Positions 9,030-18,139 of a DNA stretch of 64,000 bases are shown piece after piece. The stretch lies in assembly GCA_963666485.2 (NCBI GenBank), contig CAXXUO010000001.1:544001-608000 (forward strand), written 5' to 3'. The stretch's first letter is position 1. Each line of letters begins with the position of its first letter. This DNA is from Syntrophorhabdaceae bacterium. Lineage in GTDB: Bacteria; Desulfobacterota; Syntrophorhabdia; Syntrophorhabdales; Syntrophorhabdaceae. Both the position numbers and the translations under genes were made by a program. The notes under the pieces are model-generated. The model was not told the DNA's origin and did no database searches. It worked only from the letters and a program-made list of their open reading frames with translations.

Positions 9030-12000
9030 TTACCTTCCAATCCGTACCAATTCCGTAGCGATGTCCCGGTTGTAAGGGTCCATCTTCATCGCTCTCAAGA
9101 GGAGCTCTCCCGCCTTTTTCCGATCATTCGCCCGGACATACATCATTGCCAGCTCCATGATAGTTTGTGCGTCGATCCCTTTCATCTTGAGCATGGCCTC
9201 TCCGGCGGGGATCCCGTTGCCCGTGTCGTTGAGGCCCCGATAGACCTGGAATAGATTTTTACCGACACCATTGTCCTTGTCTCTATCCCCGACCGCGAGA
9301 AATACCGGCAGCGCCCGGCTGTAATCCTTCAATGCCAGAAGAACATTGCCTTGCGCTATGCGGGGAGCAACACTCCCCGGGATCTCCCGCCGGGCCTTTT
9401 CCGAAATGTCCAGGGCTTTCCGGTAATCCTTTTGCTTGACCAACACGTCGACGTAGTCCCTGACGATCTCCTCGCTGCGCGGGTTCAGCCGGTACGCCTT
9501 CTCGTACATGTCCGCCGCCTTGCCCGTCAGGCCCTCCCCGGCGTAGATCCTCGCCAGTTCATGGTACACGCGCACGTCCGTGGAGCCCTCGGAAGCAAGG
9601 GCGCGAAGCTCCGATTCCGCACGGACAACCTGTTTGTGGTCGAGCATATACCGGACCTTGAGGAACCGGATCTCTTTGTCGCGCGGGTACGCCTTCACCG
9701 CCTCGTCGAGGGTCTCCCGGGAAAATGCCTCTTCGAGGTCCCGGTACAGTGATACGTAATAGTCGGGGGACAGCTTGTCTTCCTTCCTGTAACCCGTCAC
9801 ATCCGGCACCTTCCGGGTCTTGAAACGGTACAGGCCCTTGATGTTGTCCGCGGAAGTAGCGGAATAGAAACTCTTCGGCGCCGAGAACTCAAGGGCCGGC
9901 AGATCGTCCGTGTTGTAGTATGCGGTAGCCAGGAGAGGTTCGATCTGCCGGGCGTCGGTGATGTAGTGGGCAAAGATCGCGTCGGGCTTCGTCAGGTTGA
10001 TGCCCTGGAGAGCCTTTCGAAACGCGCCGTTTCCCCGGTAGTGGCGGATATAGTTCTGATAATCAAGGGTCAGCCTGTCCTGCGACCCGAGCAGTATCAG
10101 GTCCGCATCACACCCCCGCCACACGATCCCGTCGGGAAAAACCGAAAAGAACGTCCTGAGGACCATCTTCACATCGGCGGGGTCAATGTCGTATAACTGG
10201 AGCCACTGGCAGAAGATGCCGCCTTTTTTCAATTTTGCCCTGCTTGTCCTGTAGAACTCCTTCGTGAACAGGTTCCCGATACCCGCTATCCAGGGGTTTG
10301 AGGGCTCCGAAATGATGATGTCGTACTGTCTTGACGACGCAAGAAGTGCGTTCCTCCCGTCATCTATTTTCAACCTGAACCTGCTGTTCTTCAACACATC
10401 GCCGTTAAAGGGCTCAAAGAAGCGGTTGGCCTCGACGACCGCGGGCTCCAGTTCGGCGCACGTCACGGAACGCACCGAGGGGAAATCAAGCACGGCCTTC
10501 GCCGTAATGCCGCTGCCCAGGCCGACGATGAACACGTCCTCGGGCGCCCGGTGATAGAGGACGGGGATATAACCGAGCAGCAGCTGGGTCGGCATGTCCC
10601 CTGCCGTCGAGGCATCCGTCTTACCGTTCACCTTGAGATACGTGCTCTCCGAATCCCTGTACACGGAAACGGTCGATGTGATGCCGTCCTTGTGGAATAT
10701 CGGCGCCGCGGAATTCTGGATCTCACCGTAATCGCCGCGGTACCAGTCGGCATAGACTGCGCCGCCGCTCGACATGACGGCGGGGCTCCAGGACGGCAGG
10801 TACGCAGCAAGGAGCAGTGCGGGCACGACAACGAGGCTGGCCGCCGCCTTTTTGATCCTGTTCCGTTTGGCGGTGTATATGAAAATTGCCCCGCAAAGAA
10901 CATTGATCATCACGGCTATTCTCAGGCTATCTTCTATCCCGATAAAAGGAATGAGAATGAACCCGGTTGCGAATGCCCCGATGATGCACCCTATGGTATT
11001 GATCGCATAAATCTCGCCGATGCGTCTGCCGAGGTCGTGGAAGCTTGCCGCATATATCTTACCGGCGAGCGGGAAAACAAATCCCATGACCACCGTCGGG
11101 ATGAGCATGGCAAGAAAACAGAGAACGAAATCGGCCGTGATGATCAGGTTGTAGGAATGCTTCACATAGGGAAAGAGCGCTATGAAAAAGAGCGGGGCCT
11201 TGCCGAGGAGGAGGATGGAGACAATACATGAAATACCTGTCACAACCTCAAGCCACCCGAACGAGACAAGGCCGAAAGACGCCCTTCGCGATATGCATCC
11301 GAAGAGTATGCTTCCTAAGGCTATCCCGAAGAGGAACGTGGTCAGCATGGTCGTAAAGGCGTACGTGGAGCTTCCCAGCGCCAGGGCCAGCGCACGCGTC
11401 CAGCATATCTCGTAGACCATGGATGCGAATCCCGTGAAGGCAAAAACATAAAAGAGCAGCCGCACACGGCGGATGTCCGTCACCGGGGCGCCGGTGTGCC
11501 CTGCATCAGCGGCCGCATCCATCCCCTGCCTTTCACCGGAGGCTGTCATTCTCCTGTTTATCAGCCATATCGAGAGGCCGACCATGATATTGACAACCGC
11601 CGCGCTGATAAGGCTCATCTGGATGCCGGCGAGGCGTATCAGGTAAAAGCCCGCTATGAACGCGCCCAGGGCTGCCCCGATGGTGTTGATGAAATAAAGG
11701 GAGCCGAGCTTCCTTCCTACTTCGCCGCTGTGGCGGATGAAGAACTTGGCCAGGAGCGGGAGCGTCCCTCCCATGAGGAACGTAGGGATGATCAGGACCG
11801 ATACGCACAGAATGAAGCGCACTATGCTTATGGTGAAAAATGATGTCTCGGAAAATCTAAGATAGATCGTCTCAACCACGCGAAAAAGAAAAGGCGTGAG
11901 AAGGCAGTAGAAGCCGATCGCCCCTTCCAGCATCCCGTATGCAAGAAAGAGCGGCGACGCCCCGTTCCTTTTCAGGATGTTCATGAGAGGGCCTCTGCTG

Positions 12001-12215
12001 TCAGCGAGGCGGCCAAAATACCAGCTGCCGAGGGCAAGCCCTCCCATGAAGGCCGTGATCACCGTGCTGACCGCAAAGGTCGTATGCCCGAAAAGGAGGC
12101 TGAGCATGCGCGTCCAGACGATCTGGTACACGAGGCCGCATACGCCGGAAAGGAAAAAGAAAACGAACAAAAATACGAAGACAGTCCGGGGAGTCCCCCT
12201 CGGCCGATCACCCAT
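9030..12215 (-). CDS. Fused multi-TM / spermidine-synthase-like SAM-binding domain protein with C-terminal TPRs
   Basis: FFLSGVCGLVYQIVWTRML N-terminal TM repeats; VGLGSGIT, AELEPAVV, DDGRNAL, YDIIISEPSNPW; TPR-like tail. Start uncertain (12215 or 12272). Confidence 0.85.
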   Translation of the reverse strand: MGDRPRGTPRTVFVFLFVFFFLSGVCGLVYQIVWTRMLSLLFGHTTFAVSTVITAFMGGLALGSWYFGRLADSRGPLMNILKRNGASPLFLAYGMLEGAIGFYCLLTPFLFRVVETIYLRFSETSFFTISIVRFILCVSVLIIPTFLMGGTLPLLAKFFIRHSGEVGRKLGSLYFINTIGAALGAFIAGFYLIRLAGIQMSLISAAVVNIMVGLSIWLINRRMTASGERQGMDAAADAGHTGAPVTDIRRVRLLFYVFAFTGFASMVYEICWTRALALALGSSTYAFTTMLTTFLFGIALGSILFGCISRRASFGLVSFGWLEVVTGISCIVSILLLGKAPLFFIALFPYVKHSYNLIITADFVLCFLAMLIPTVVMGFVFPLAGKIYAASFHDLGRRIGEIYAINTIGCIIGAFATGFILIPFIGIEDSLRIAVMINVLCGAIFIYTAKRNRIKKAAASLVVVPALLLAAYLPSWSPAVMSSGGAVYADWYRGDYGEIQNSAAPIFHKDGITSTVSVYRDSESTYLKVNGKTDASTAGDMPTQLLLGYIPVLYHRAPEDVFIVGLGSGITAKAVLDFPSVRSVTCAELEPAVVEANRFFEPFNGDVLKNSRFRLKIDDGRNALLASSRQYDIIISEPSNPWIAGIGNLFTKEFYRTSRAKLKKGGIFCQWLQLYDIDPADVKMVLRTFFSVFPDGIVWRGCDADLILLGSQDRLTLDYQNYIRHYRGNGAFRKALQGINLTKPDAIFAHYITDARQIEPLLATAYYNTDDLPALEFSAPKSFYSATSADNIKGLYRFKTRKVPDVTGYRKEDKLSPDYYVSLYRDLEEAFSRETLDEAVKAYPRDKEIRFLKVRYMLDHKQVVRAESELRALASEGSTDVRVYHELARIYAGEGLTGKAADMYEKAYRLNPRSEEIVRDYVDVLVKQKDYRKALDISEKARREIPGSVAPRIAQGNVLLALKDYSRALPVFLAVGDRDKDNGVGKNLFQVYRGLNDTGNGIPAGEAMLKMKGIDAQTIMELAMMYVRANDRKKAGELLLRAMKMDPYNRDIATELVRIGR

Positions 12216-12599
12216 TCGATGCCCCTTTTTCAGGATATTACCTGAAGTATACGTGCTTTGAGACCCGGGCACAAGCTAAGTGAGCTCTTATCAATTTGGC
12301 CCGATACATTTATCGAAGGGCAGGGTATAATCCGGTCATGAGCAAGCGCGCCTTGTCAGTTCACGAAAGCCATTGAGCCGGTCATCCCGGGGGAGACCCC
12401 TTTTTATGAACCGCTTAAGCCCGTATTGGAAAAGTACGGCAAACGAATGGGCGAGGCCACAGTAATCCGGTAATACGTGAAGTTTGCAGCTTCACGTCCG
12501 GGAGGACCTGTATGAGTTGCTTCTTGACCCAATCCGGCCGATAATAATTGGTATATTTCAGTGTTCGGGCGTCAAAAAATAGAAAAGGAGGGGCGCGCG

Positions 12600-13415
12600 G
12601 TGATCTATGGGGCAACCAACAACCCGCTTCGGCCGTTAAAAAGTGAGATCAAGGCTATAGCCGCCCTTGGCTTCGATTACCTGGAATTGTGCCTCGACCC
12701 GCCACAGGGCCTGCCCGGTATGCTCAGGCCGAAAATTGCCGAGATCACGTCTATCCTTGAAGGGGAAGGCCTCCGGCTGCCGGTCGCCCACCTGCCGACC
12801 TTTATATCGCTTGCCGACATCTACGCCTCGATCCGTGAAGCTTCTCTGGGCGAGGTGTTCGATGCCCTCGAACTGGCGGCAGAGTTCCGGGTCGAAAAAG
12901 TAGTCCTTCACCCGGCATACCTCACCGGGCTCATAGCCTTTACCCCGGACATCGGGAGAGGGTACATGCTGGAATCCCTGGCGCGCATCCTGGAGAACGC
13001 CTCGGGGCTCGGCCTTACGTTATGCCTCGAGAATATGTTCCCCCGCGTGGGACACATGTACCGGCCCGATGAATTTACCGAAGTCCTTGCGAAGAATCCT
13101 CAGCTCATGATGACCCTTGATCTCGGCCACGCCAGCATCCGCGCCCCGAAGGGCCAGATAGCCGCCTTCGTGCATGTGGCCCGGGGACGTATAGGCCACG
13201 TGCACGTGTGTGACAACAGCGGCAACGAGGACGAGCACCTGCCCGTGGGCGCCGGGCGCATCGACCTTGCCGGAGGCCTTCAAGCCGTCAAGGCATCCGG
13301 ATACGACTCAACTATCACCCTCGAGGTCTTCTCGCCGGACCGCAGCTATCTCGCCGCATCACTCGAAAAGATACGTGCCATCTGGGATAAAGCAGGCTAT
13401 TTCCCGACCCCATAG
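12600..13415 (+). CDS. Sugar phosphate isomerase/epimerase (xylose-isomerase-like TIM barrel)
   Basis: GFDYLEL, VVLHP, LCLENM, TLDLGHA, HVHVCDN...DEHLPVG, TLEVFS; GTG start after AAGGAGG. Confidence 0.88.
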   Translation: MIYGATNNPLRPLKSEIKAIAALGFDYLELCLDPPQGLPGMLRPKIAEITSILEGEGLRLPVAHLPTFISLADIYASIREASLGEVFDALELAAEFRVEKVVLHPAYLTGLIAFTPDIGRGYMLESLARILENASGLGLTLCLENMFPRVGHMYRPDEFTEVLAKNPQLMMTLDLGHASIRAPKGQIAAFVHVARGRIGHVHVCDNSGNEDEHLPVGAGRIDLAGGLQAVKASGYDSTITLEVFSPDRSYLAASLEKIRAIWDKAGYFPTP

Positions 13416-13576
13416 ACCTTCTCACTACCGCCGCATCCCGCGTCTTGCGTTGTACGTTTCACGATTCAGCCAATCATCCCGTTTCTCCTTTCCGCATCCT
13501 TAAATATCCTGCCAAACCCGGCGGACGAGGCTATACTTACTGTAGGTAGACATTATGGGGAAGGAGATGATGCATA

Positions 13577-13981
13577 ATGCTCATACCGACAAAGATACTC
13601 GTCCCGACCGATTTCTCGGAACATTCCGACAGGGCGCTCGGGCAGGCCCTTGACATAGCCGCACAATACGGTGCGGAGGTCTGCCTTGTCCATGTCCTGT
13701 GTGTTATCCGCTCCGATTTTGAAGAGTTTGTCCGGAAAGAGGCACAGGAAAAACTGGCGGACCAGCTTCGCAGGTTCCCCCGGGCAAAGGACATGGGCGT
13801 CTCTGCGCATATCCGCAGCGGCATTACGTACGAGGAGATCCTGAAAGAAGCAAAGGAAAAAGGGATAGACCTCATCGTGATCGCGTCCCTCGGCCAATCG
13901 GGCATTGCAAAATATTTCATTGGAGGAGTGGCCCGCAATGTTTTGAAGGGCTCGAAATGCACGGTGCTGCTGACAAAATGA
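13577..13981 (+). CDS. Universal stress protein (UspA family)
   Basis: KILVPTDFSEHS...DLIVIASLGQSG...IGGVARNVL. Confidence 0.9.
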   Translation: MLIPTKILVPTDFSEHSDRALGQALDIAAQYGAEVCLVHVLCVIRSDFEEFVRKEAQEKLADQLRRFPRAKDMGVSAHIRSGITYEEILKEAKEKGIDLIVIASLGQSGIAKYFIGGVARNVLKGSKCTVLLTK

Positions 13982-14045
13982 ACGGTGACCGGACCCCGCT
14001 CGAAGGGTCATGCACCTTAGAGAACGAACAAAAGGAGGATACCCC

Positions 14046-14357
14046 ATGTATACACGGTTGATCCTGGTAAACTTCGGACCGGGAGCGCGGTCGACCGGGG
14101 AGATGGTGATCGACACGTTTGCCCCGATATATAAAACGATGCGCGGTTTCAGGAGCGCGACGTTCTTCGCAAACCCCGACACCGGTGAATGCGGCGCCTT
14201 GAGCCTCTGGGAGACAAAGGAGGATGCCGAAACGGCGACGGTCAGCCTGTGGCCGAAACTTCAGGAAGTGGCCGGCGGCATGCTGAAAGGGCCGCCCATG
14301 GTGCGGACGTTCGAACTTTACGAACCCAGGCCCCTTCCACCCGAGGAAATTGGATAA
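14046..14357 (+). CDS. Small dimeric alpha/beta-barrel (ABM-like) protein
   Basis: AAGGAGG SD; MYTRLI...GFRSATFF...GECGALSLWETKEDAE pattern. Confidence 0.65.
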   Translation: MYTRLILVNFGPGARSTGEMVIDTFAPIYKTMRGFRSATFFANPDTGECGALSLWETKEDAETATVSLWPKLQEVAGGMLKGPPMVRTFELYEPRPLPPEEIG

Positions 14358-14420
14358 AACGTCCTGCGGAACCTGTGAAAACGACAACCCTCCCGCACGG
14401 CAGGATGAGGGAGTTTCCTG

Positions 14421-14449
14421 TTGACATGGGAGCGTTTCAGGTCTATAAA
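14421..14449 (+). promoter_or_regulatory. Sigma-70 promoter for the Mg-transporter operon
   Basis: TTGACA (14421-14426), 17-nt spacer, TATAAA (14444-14449). Confidence 0.7.
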
Positions 14450-14486
14450 ATCATGGACACAAATCTATCAAAGGAGTGGGACCGCA

Positions 14487-14570
14487 ATGGAAGACGACCC
14501 TGGCAGTCGATTATGCCTTGATTGGGGCGGATCGCTTCCATCCCTCGCAGCGGCCATCCGGGTCCTTTGA
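14487..14570 (+). CDS. Putative 27-aa leader peptide (MEDDPGSRLCLDWGGSLPSLAAAIRVL)
   Basis: AAGGAG at 14471-14476, ATG 14487, TGA 14568-14570, inside a structured leader of about 230 nt. Confidence 0.45.
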   Translation: MEDDPGSRLCLDWGGSLPSLAAAIRVL

Positions 14571-14689
14571 TCCTTATAGCCTCTTCGATGACCGGAAGCG
14601 GTCATAAAAGAGGTTCCTGCAACAATTTCCCTCTTTCACTCCAGTCATAAAGACCGACCGGGCCTCATCCATTATTTGGAGAGGTTGTT

Positions 14690-16006
14690 ATGTACTGGAT
14701 CAGCAAGACCATGCACCGGCTTGGAAATTTCCGGGCGCGTCTCTTCGTCTTTCTCGTCATCCTGGGACCGGGGGTCATCACGATGATCGCCGACAATGAC
14801 GCGGGGGGGATCTCGACGTATGCGGTCACCGGGTCTAAATACGGGTTCAACATACTCTGGGCATTCTTCATCCTCGTCCCGATGGCCTATTTTATACAGG
14901 AAATGACCGTCAGGCTCGGTGCCGTGACCAAGCGGGGCCACGCGGAGGCCATCTTCGACGGTTTCGGGCCGGTCTGGGGCTGGTTTTCCATCATCGACCT
15001 CGCGGTCGTGAACTGGCTGACCCTCGTAACAGAATACATCGGCATGACAGCCGCCATGAGCATGTTCGGCATACCGCCTGTCATCACGTTCGCCGCCGTC
15101 ACCATCATCCTGATGGCGGTGGTCATGACGGGAAAATACTGGACGTTCGAGAGGGTAACCCTCTTCTTTTGCTGCTTCAACTTCGTCTATATCCCTGCGG
15201 CATTCTGGGCGATGAAAAGCGGGAGCGCCCCCCCGTGGAGCGAGGTCTTCAAGGGCTTCTACAACCCCAGTTTTCCCCAGGGGCTTACGACAGACCTTAT
15301 CTTTATCATCATGGCAAATATCGGCACCACGATAACCCCGTGGCAGATATTCTTCCAGCAGAGTGCCGTCGTGGACAAGGGCCTCGACATCAAGGACGTC
15401 AAGTTTGGAAAGATAGAGACCTTTGTGGGCGCCTTCCTGACATGCCTTGTGGCCGCCTTCATCATTATCGCGACGGGGGCTGCATTTTATTATCACAACC
15501 CCCCGATCACCGTGGAGGATGCGCGGCAGACAGCCGACGCCATCGTTCCCCTCATGCCACACGGAAGGGGCTCATGGGCCCGGATGTTCTTCGCAATCGG
15601 CCTGTTCGATGCAGGGTTCCTCGGCGCTCTGTGCATATCGCTTTCGACATCCTGGGCTGTGGGAGAGGTGTTCGGATGGGCGCACTCGCTCAACAAGGGC
15701 GTTAAGGACGCACCCTGGTTCTATTTCATCTACTTTTTCATTCTCGCAACGGCCGGCGCGATCGTTCTCATCCCCGGGGCACCGCTCATCACGATCACCA
15801 TGTTCGTCCAGGTCGTCGCGGTGACGCTCCTGCCTGCCGCCCTTATATTCCTTATCCTTCTTTTGAACGATGAAACTTTGATGGGCCAGTACAAGAACAC
15901 GCGGTCGCAGAACATTATCAACTGGAGCATCACCATCTTCGTTATTTTCATGTCGAGCCTGTACGGCATTTCCGTTCTCTTTCCCGAACTGTTCGGGCAA
16001 GGATAG
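14690..16006 (+). CDS. NRAMP-related divalent cation (probably Mg2+) transporter
   Basis: TM1 GPGVITMIADNDAGG replaces DPGN; TM6 IGTTITPW has Thr in place of the NRAMP Met; QEMTVRLGAVT; many TM helices. Confidence 0.85.
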   Translation: MYWISKTMHRLGNFRARLFVFLVILGPGVITMIADNDAGGISTYAVTGSKYGFNILWAFFILVPMAYFIQEMTVRLGAVTKRGHAEAIFDGFGPVWGWFSIIDLAVVNWLTLVTEYIGMTAAMSMFGIPPVITFAAVTIILMAVVMTGKYWTFERVTLFFCCFNFVYIPAAFWAMKSGSAPPWSEVFKGFYNPSFPQGLTTDLIFIIMANIGTTITPWQIFFQQSAVVDKGLDIKDVKFGKIETFVGAFLTCLVAAFIIIATGAAFYYHNPPITVEDARQTADAIVPLMPHGRGSWARMFFAIGLFDAGFLGALCISLSTSWAVGEVFGWAHSLNKGVKDAPWFYFIYFFILATAGAIVLIPGAPLITITMFVQVVAVTLLPAALIFLILLLNDETLMGQYKNTRSQNIINWSITIFVIFMSSLYGISVLFPELFGQG

Positions 16007-16017
16007 GAGGAGGTCCC

Positions 16018-17274
16018 ATGAACGACTCTACATACAACAACGGGCCCGGGTTTGAATTCCTCTGGTTCTCCGAGCTGCTGTCGCGCCCGGTAAACGCCGG
16101 GCAGGCAGGCAAAAAGCTCGGCAAGCTCACAGACCTCGTTTTCGAGCTCGTCGAGCCCCATCCCCATGCCAGGGGAATATTCCTCGACCATGGGTGGGGA
16201 AAACCGACCGAGTTCATACCCTGGGACAGGGTCATCGAGATCACCCCGGATGCCATAGTCGTCGAGCCGCCGGAAGATGGCGAGGCTTATCCCCCCTTTC
16301 AGGACCAGCCGGGCTGGATGCTCCTCAACCAGCATCTCATGGGCAGGAGCATCCTCGACATCGACGGGAGGAAAGTGGAGGTTGTCAACGACATTCATTT
16401 GCTGTTAACCAAAGGCCAGCTGATCATCGTTCATGTCGATGTTTCCATGAACGGGTTCCTGCGAAAATGGGGATTCAAGGACGTCCGCTGGATAAAGGAC
16501 CGCCTTATTTCCTGGAAGTGGGTGCAGCCCTTTTCCGTTGAGGATGCCGTCGCCACCGATTCCCTGTCCCTCGCCATCAGGAGGGAACAGGCGCTCGATA
16601 TGCCCGGGGAGGACCTGGCCGATGTCGTGGAGATGCTTTCCGGCGAACAGCAGGAAGCGTTTTTCTCCGCCCTCGATGCCGAGAAGGCCGCCGAGACCCT
16701 TATTCACGCCGAACCGCGGGCCAGGCGCCAGCTGATCGAAGACTTGACCGAAGAGCGTGCGAGGTCCATCCTTGCAGAGCTGTCCCTGCCGCAGCTCGCG
16801 GACATCTTTTCGGACCTTCCTCACGACGATGTGACAGAATTGATGAAATTACTTACCGAGGAGCAGAAGGAACAGCTCCAGCACATGTTATACGATGATG
16901 AGGTCACGGCGCAGAGGTTCATGGTCCCCAACTTCCTGCACTTCCCGCCGGACGCCCTGGTAGGGGAGACGCTGGGTGCGATCAGGCAGTCGAAACTGGA
17001 GATCGACGCAATTTCATACATTTATGTCGTTAGCGACGAGATGGTCCTGCAGGGCGTCGTCGATATCCGCGAGCTGATACTGGCATCCGACGACATGCGA
17101 TTGCAGGACATCATGTCGACATCGGTCGTTTCCGCCGAAGTGACAAAAAAGATCGAGGAAGTCGAAGAGATGTTCGATAAATACCATTTCCGGATGATCC
17201 CGGTCGTGGACACGTACGACCGCCTGACAGGCGCCATCTATGCAAATGATGTGGTAAAACCGTCTGATCAATAA
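16018..17274 (+). CDS. PRC-barrel + MgtE N-domain + CBS-pair protein (MgtE cytosolic part without TM domain)
   Basis: GKLTDLVF and ILDIDGRKVEVVNDI PRC-like units; acidic helical MgtE_N (EDLADVVEML); CBS pair ISYIYVV...GVVDIRELI...MIPVVD. Confidence 0.8.
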   Translation: MNDSTYNNGPGFEFLWFSELLSRPVNAGQAGKKLGKLTDLVFELVEPHPHARGIFLDHGWGKPTEFIPWDRVIEITPDAIVVEPPEDGEAYPPFQDQPGWMLLNQHLMGRSILDIDGRKVEVVNDIHLLLTKGQLIIVHVDVSMNGFLRKWGFKDVRWIKDRLISWKWVQPFSVEDAVATDSLSLAIRREQALDMPGEDLADVVEMLSGEQQEAFFSALDAEKAAETLIHAEPRARRQLIEDLTEERARSILAELSLPQLADIFSDLPHDDVTELMKLLTEEQKEQLQHMLYDDEVTAQRFMVPNFLHFPPDALVGETLGAIRQSKLEIDAISYIYVVSDEMVLQGVVDIRELILASDDMRLQDIMSTSVVSAEVTKKIEEVEEMFDKYHFRMIPVVDTYDRLTGAIYANDVVKPSDQ

Positions 17275-17290
17275 CGAAGGAGCACCCGCC

Positions 17291-17404
17291 ATGCCAAGGA
17301 TAAAAATGACCCCCACGGTCAGGATCGCACTTTTCTTTCTCTGGTTCTACCTCCTGTTCCTGATGATCCTCATCCTGATAAAATTCATCCGGGTCATCGG
17401 GTAA
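17291..17404 (+). CDS. 37-aa single-TM membrane peptide (MPRIKMTPTVRIALFFLWFYLLFLMILILIKFIRVIG)
   Basis: Below the ORF-track cutoff; GAAGGAG SD directly after the MgtE-like stop; one hydrophobic helix flanked by basic residues. Confidence 0.7.
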   Translation: MPRIKMTPTVRIALFFLWFYLLFLMILILIKFIRVIG

Positions 17405-17446
17405 TGTCCCGCGTATTGCCGGCCCGGCACCGCCAGAAAGCGGTGC

Positions 17447-18139
17447 TTACAGGTCAGGCAGCCCCACCTGGCCTAAAAGCTCCGACCGTGCCCGGCGCAG
17501 CGCTTCATTCCCCGGGTCCCGCTGTGACAATGAGACGGCCTTTTCTATCGCATCATACCAGTACCCGTTCGCCGCATACTTCCGTATAAGGTCCATGCCT
17601 CCCGTTGCCGAGAATTCCTTTGAAAGCCCGGGTTGAGCGGGCGTGAATATAACGCTGCCCCCGCTCACTATGTCTTTTGACCTCTGCTCCGGATCGGGAA
17701 CGATCGCGACAAACCACTGGTACTCCATCGCAGGCTGCAAAGATACCCCGCTCCCCGAGAGGGACGAGCAATAGATCCCCTCCTTCGGGGGCTTGTTCAA
17801 TTTCTTCTCGTAGACCGGTTTTACCGATTTGCCGTCATCGAGCACTATTTCGATCATAATGTCCGTAGGACGGGAGATGTACCAGCAAAAAGACGGCTGC
17901 GCGACCGACGTGGTCCCCGCGTAGTCCGGGACCAGGGCCACGAGTTTGAGCCCCGTCGTATCGACGCCCCGTGTTCCTCCTCCCACTCTCTTGCCCGGTT
18001 TGCCGAGCATGGGCGGGTTGAACTTGACCGGACCGTCCGCTTTCTTGACCTCCGGTGCCTTATCATCGGCTGAAATGGCGGGTGGTGCATAAACGAATGC
18101 GAGAAATATGACGAGAAACACTGCTGCTATGACCTTCAT
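17447..18139 (-). CDS. Exported DUF928-like protein
   Basis: Signal peptide; GKPGKRVGGGTRG, LVALVP...TTSVAQPSFCWYI, EYQWFVAI, YAANGYWYDAI, LLGQVGL; start overlaps the cyclase stop (ATGA). Confidence 0.8.
   Translation of the reverse strand: MKVIAAVFLVIFLAFVYAPPAISADDKAPEVKKADGPVKFNPPMLGKPGKRVGGGTRGVDTTGLKLVALVPDYAGTTSVAQPSFCWYISRPTDIMIEIVLDDGKSVKPVYEKKLNKPPKEGIYCSSLSGSGVSLQPAMEYQWFVAIVPDPEQRSKDIVSGGSVIFTPAQPGLSKEFSATGGMDLIRKYAANGYWYDAIEKAVSLSQRDPGNEALRRARSELLGQVGLPDL

Noticed and set aside
12300..12560. Intergenic hairpins and ORF 12415..12615
   Set aside because: Short stems only and no recognisable RNA or protein motif; insufficient support.
14466..14572. yybP-ykoY or M-box riboswitch call for the transporter leader
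   Set aside because: Only a loose AAAGGAGT...CCTTTG resemblance; the conserved cores were not recognisable. Left as an unclassified leader.
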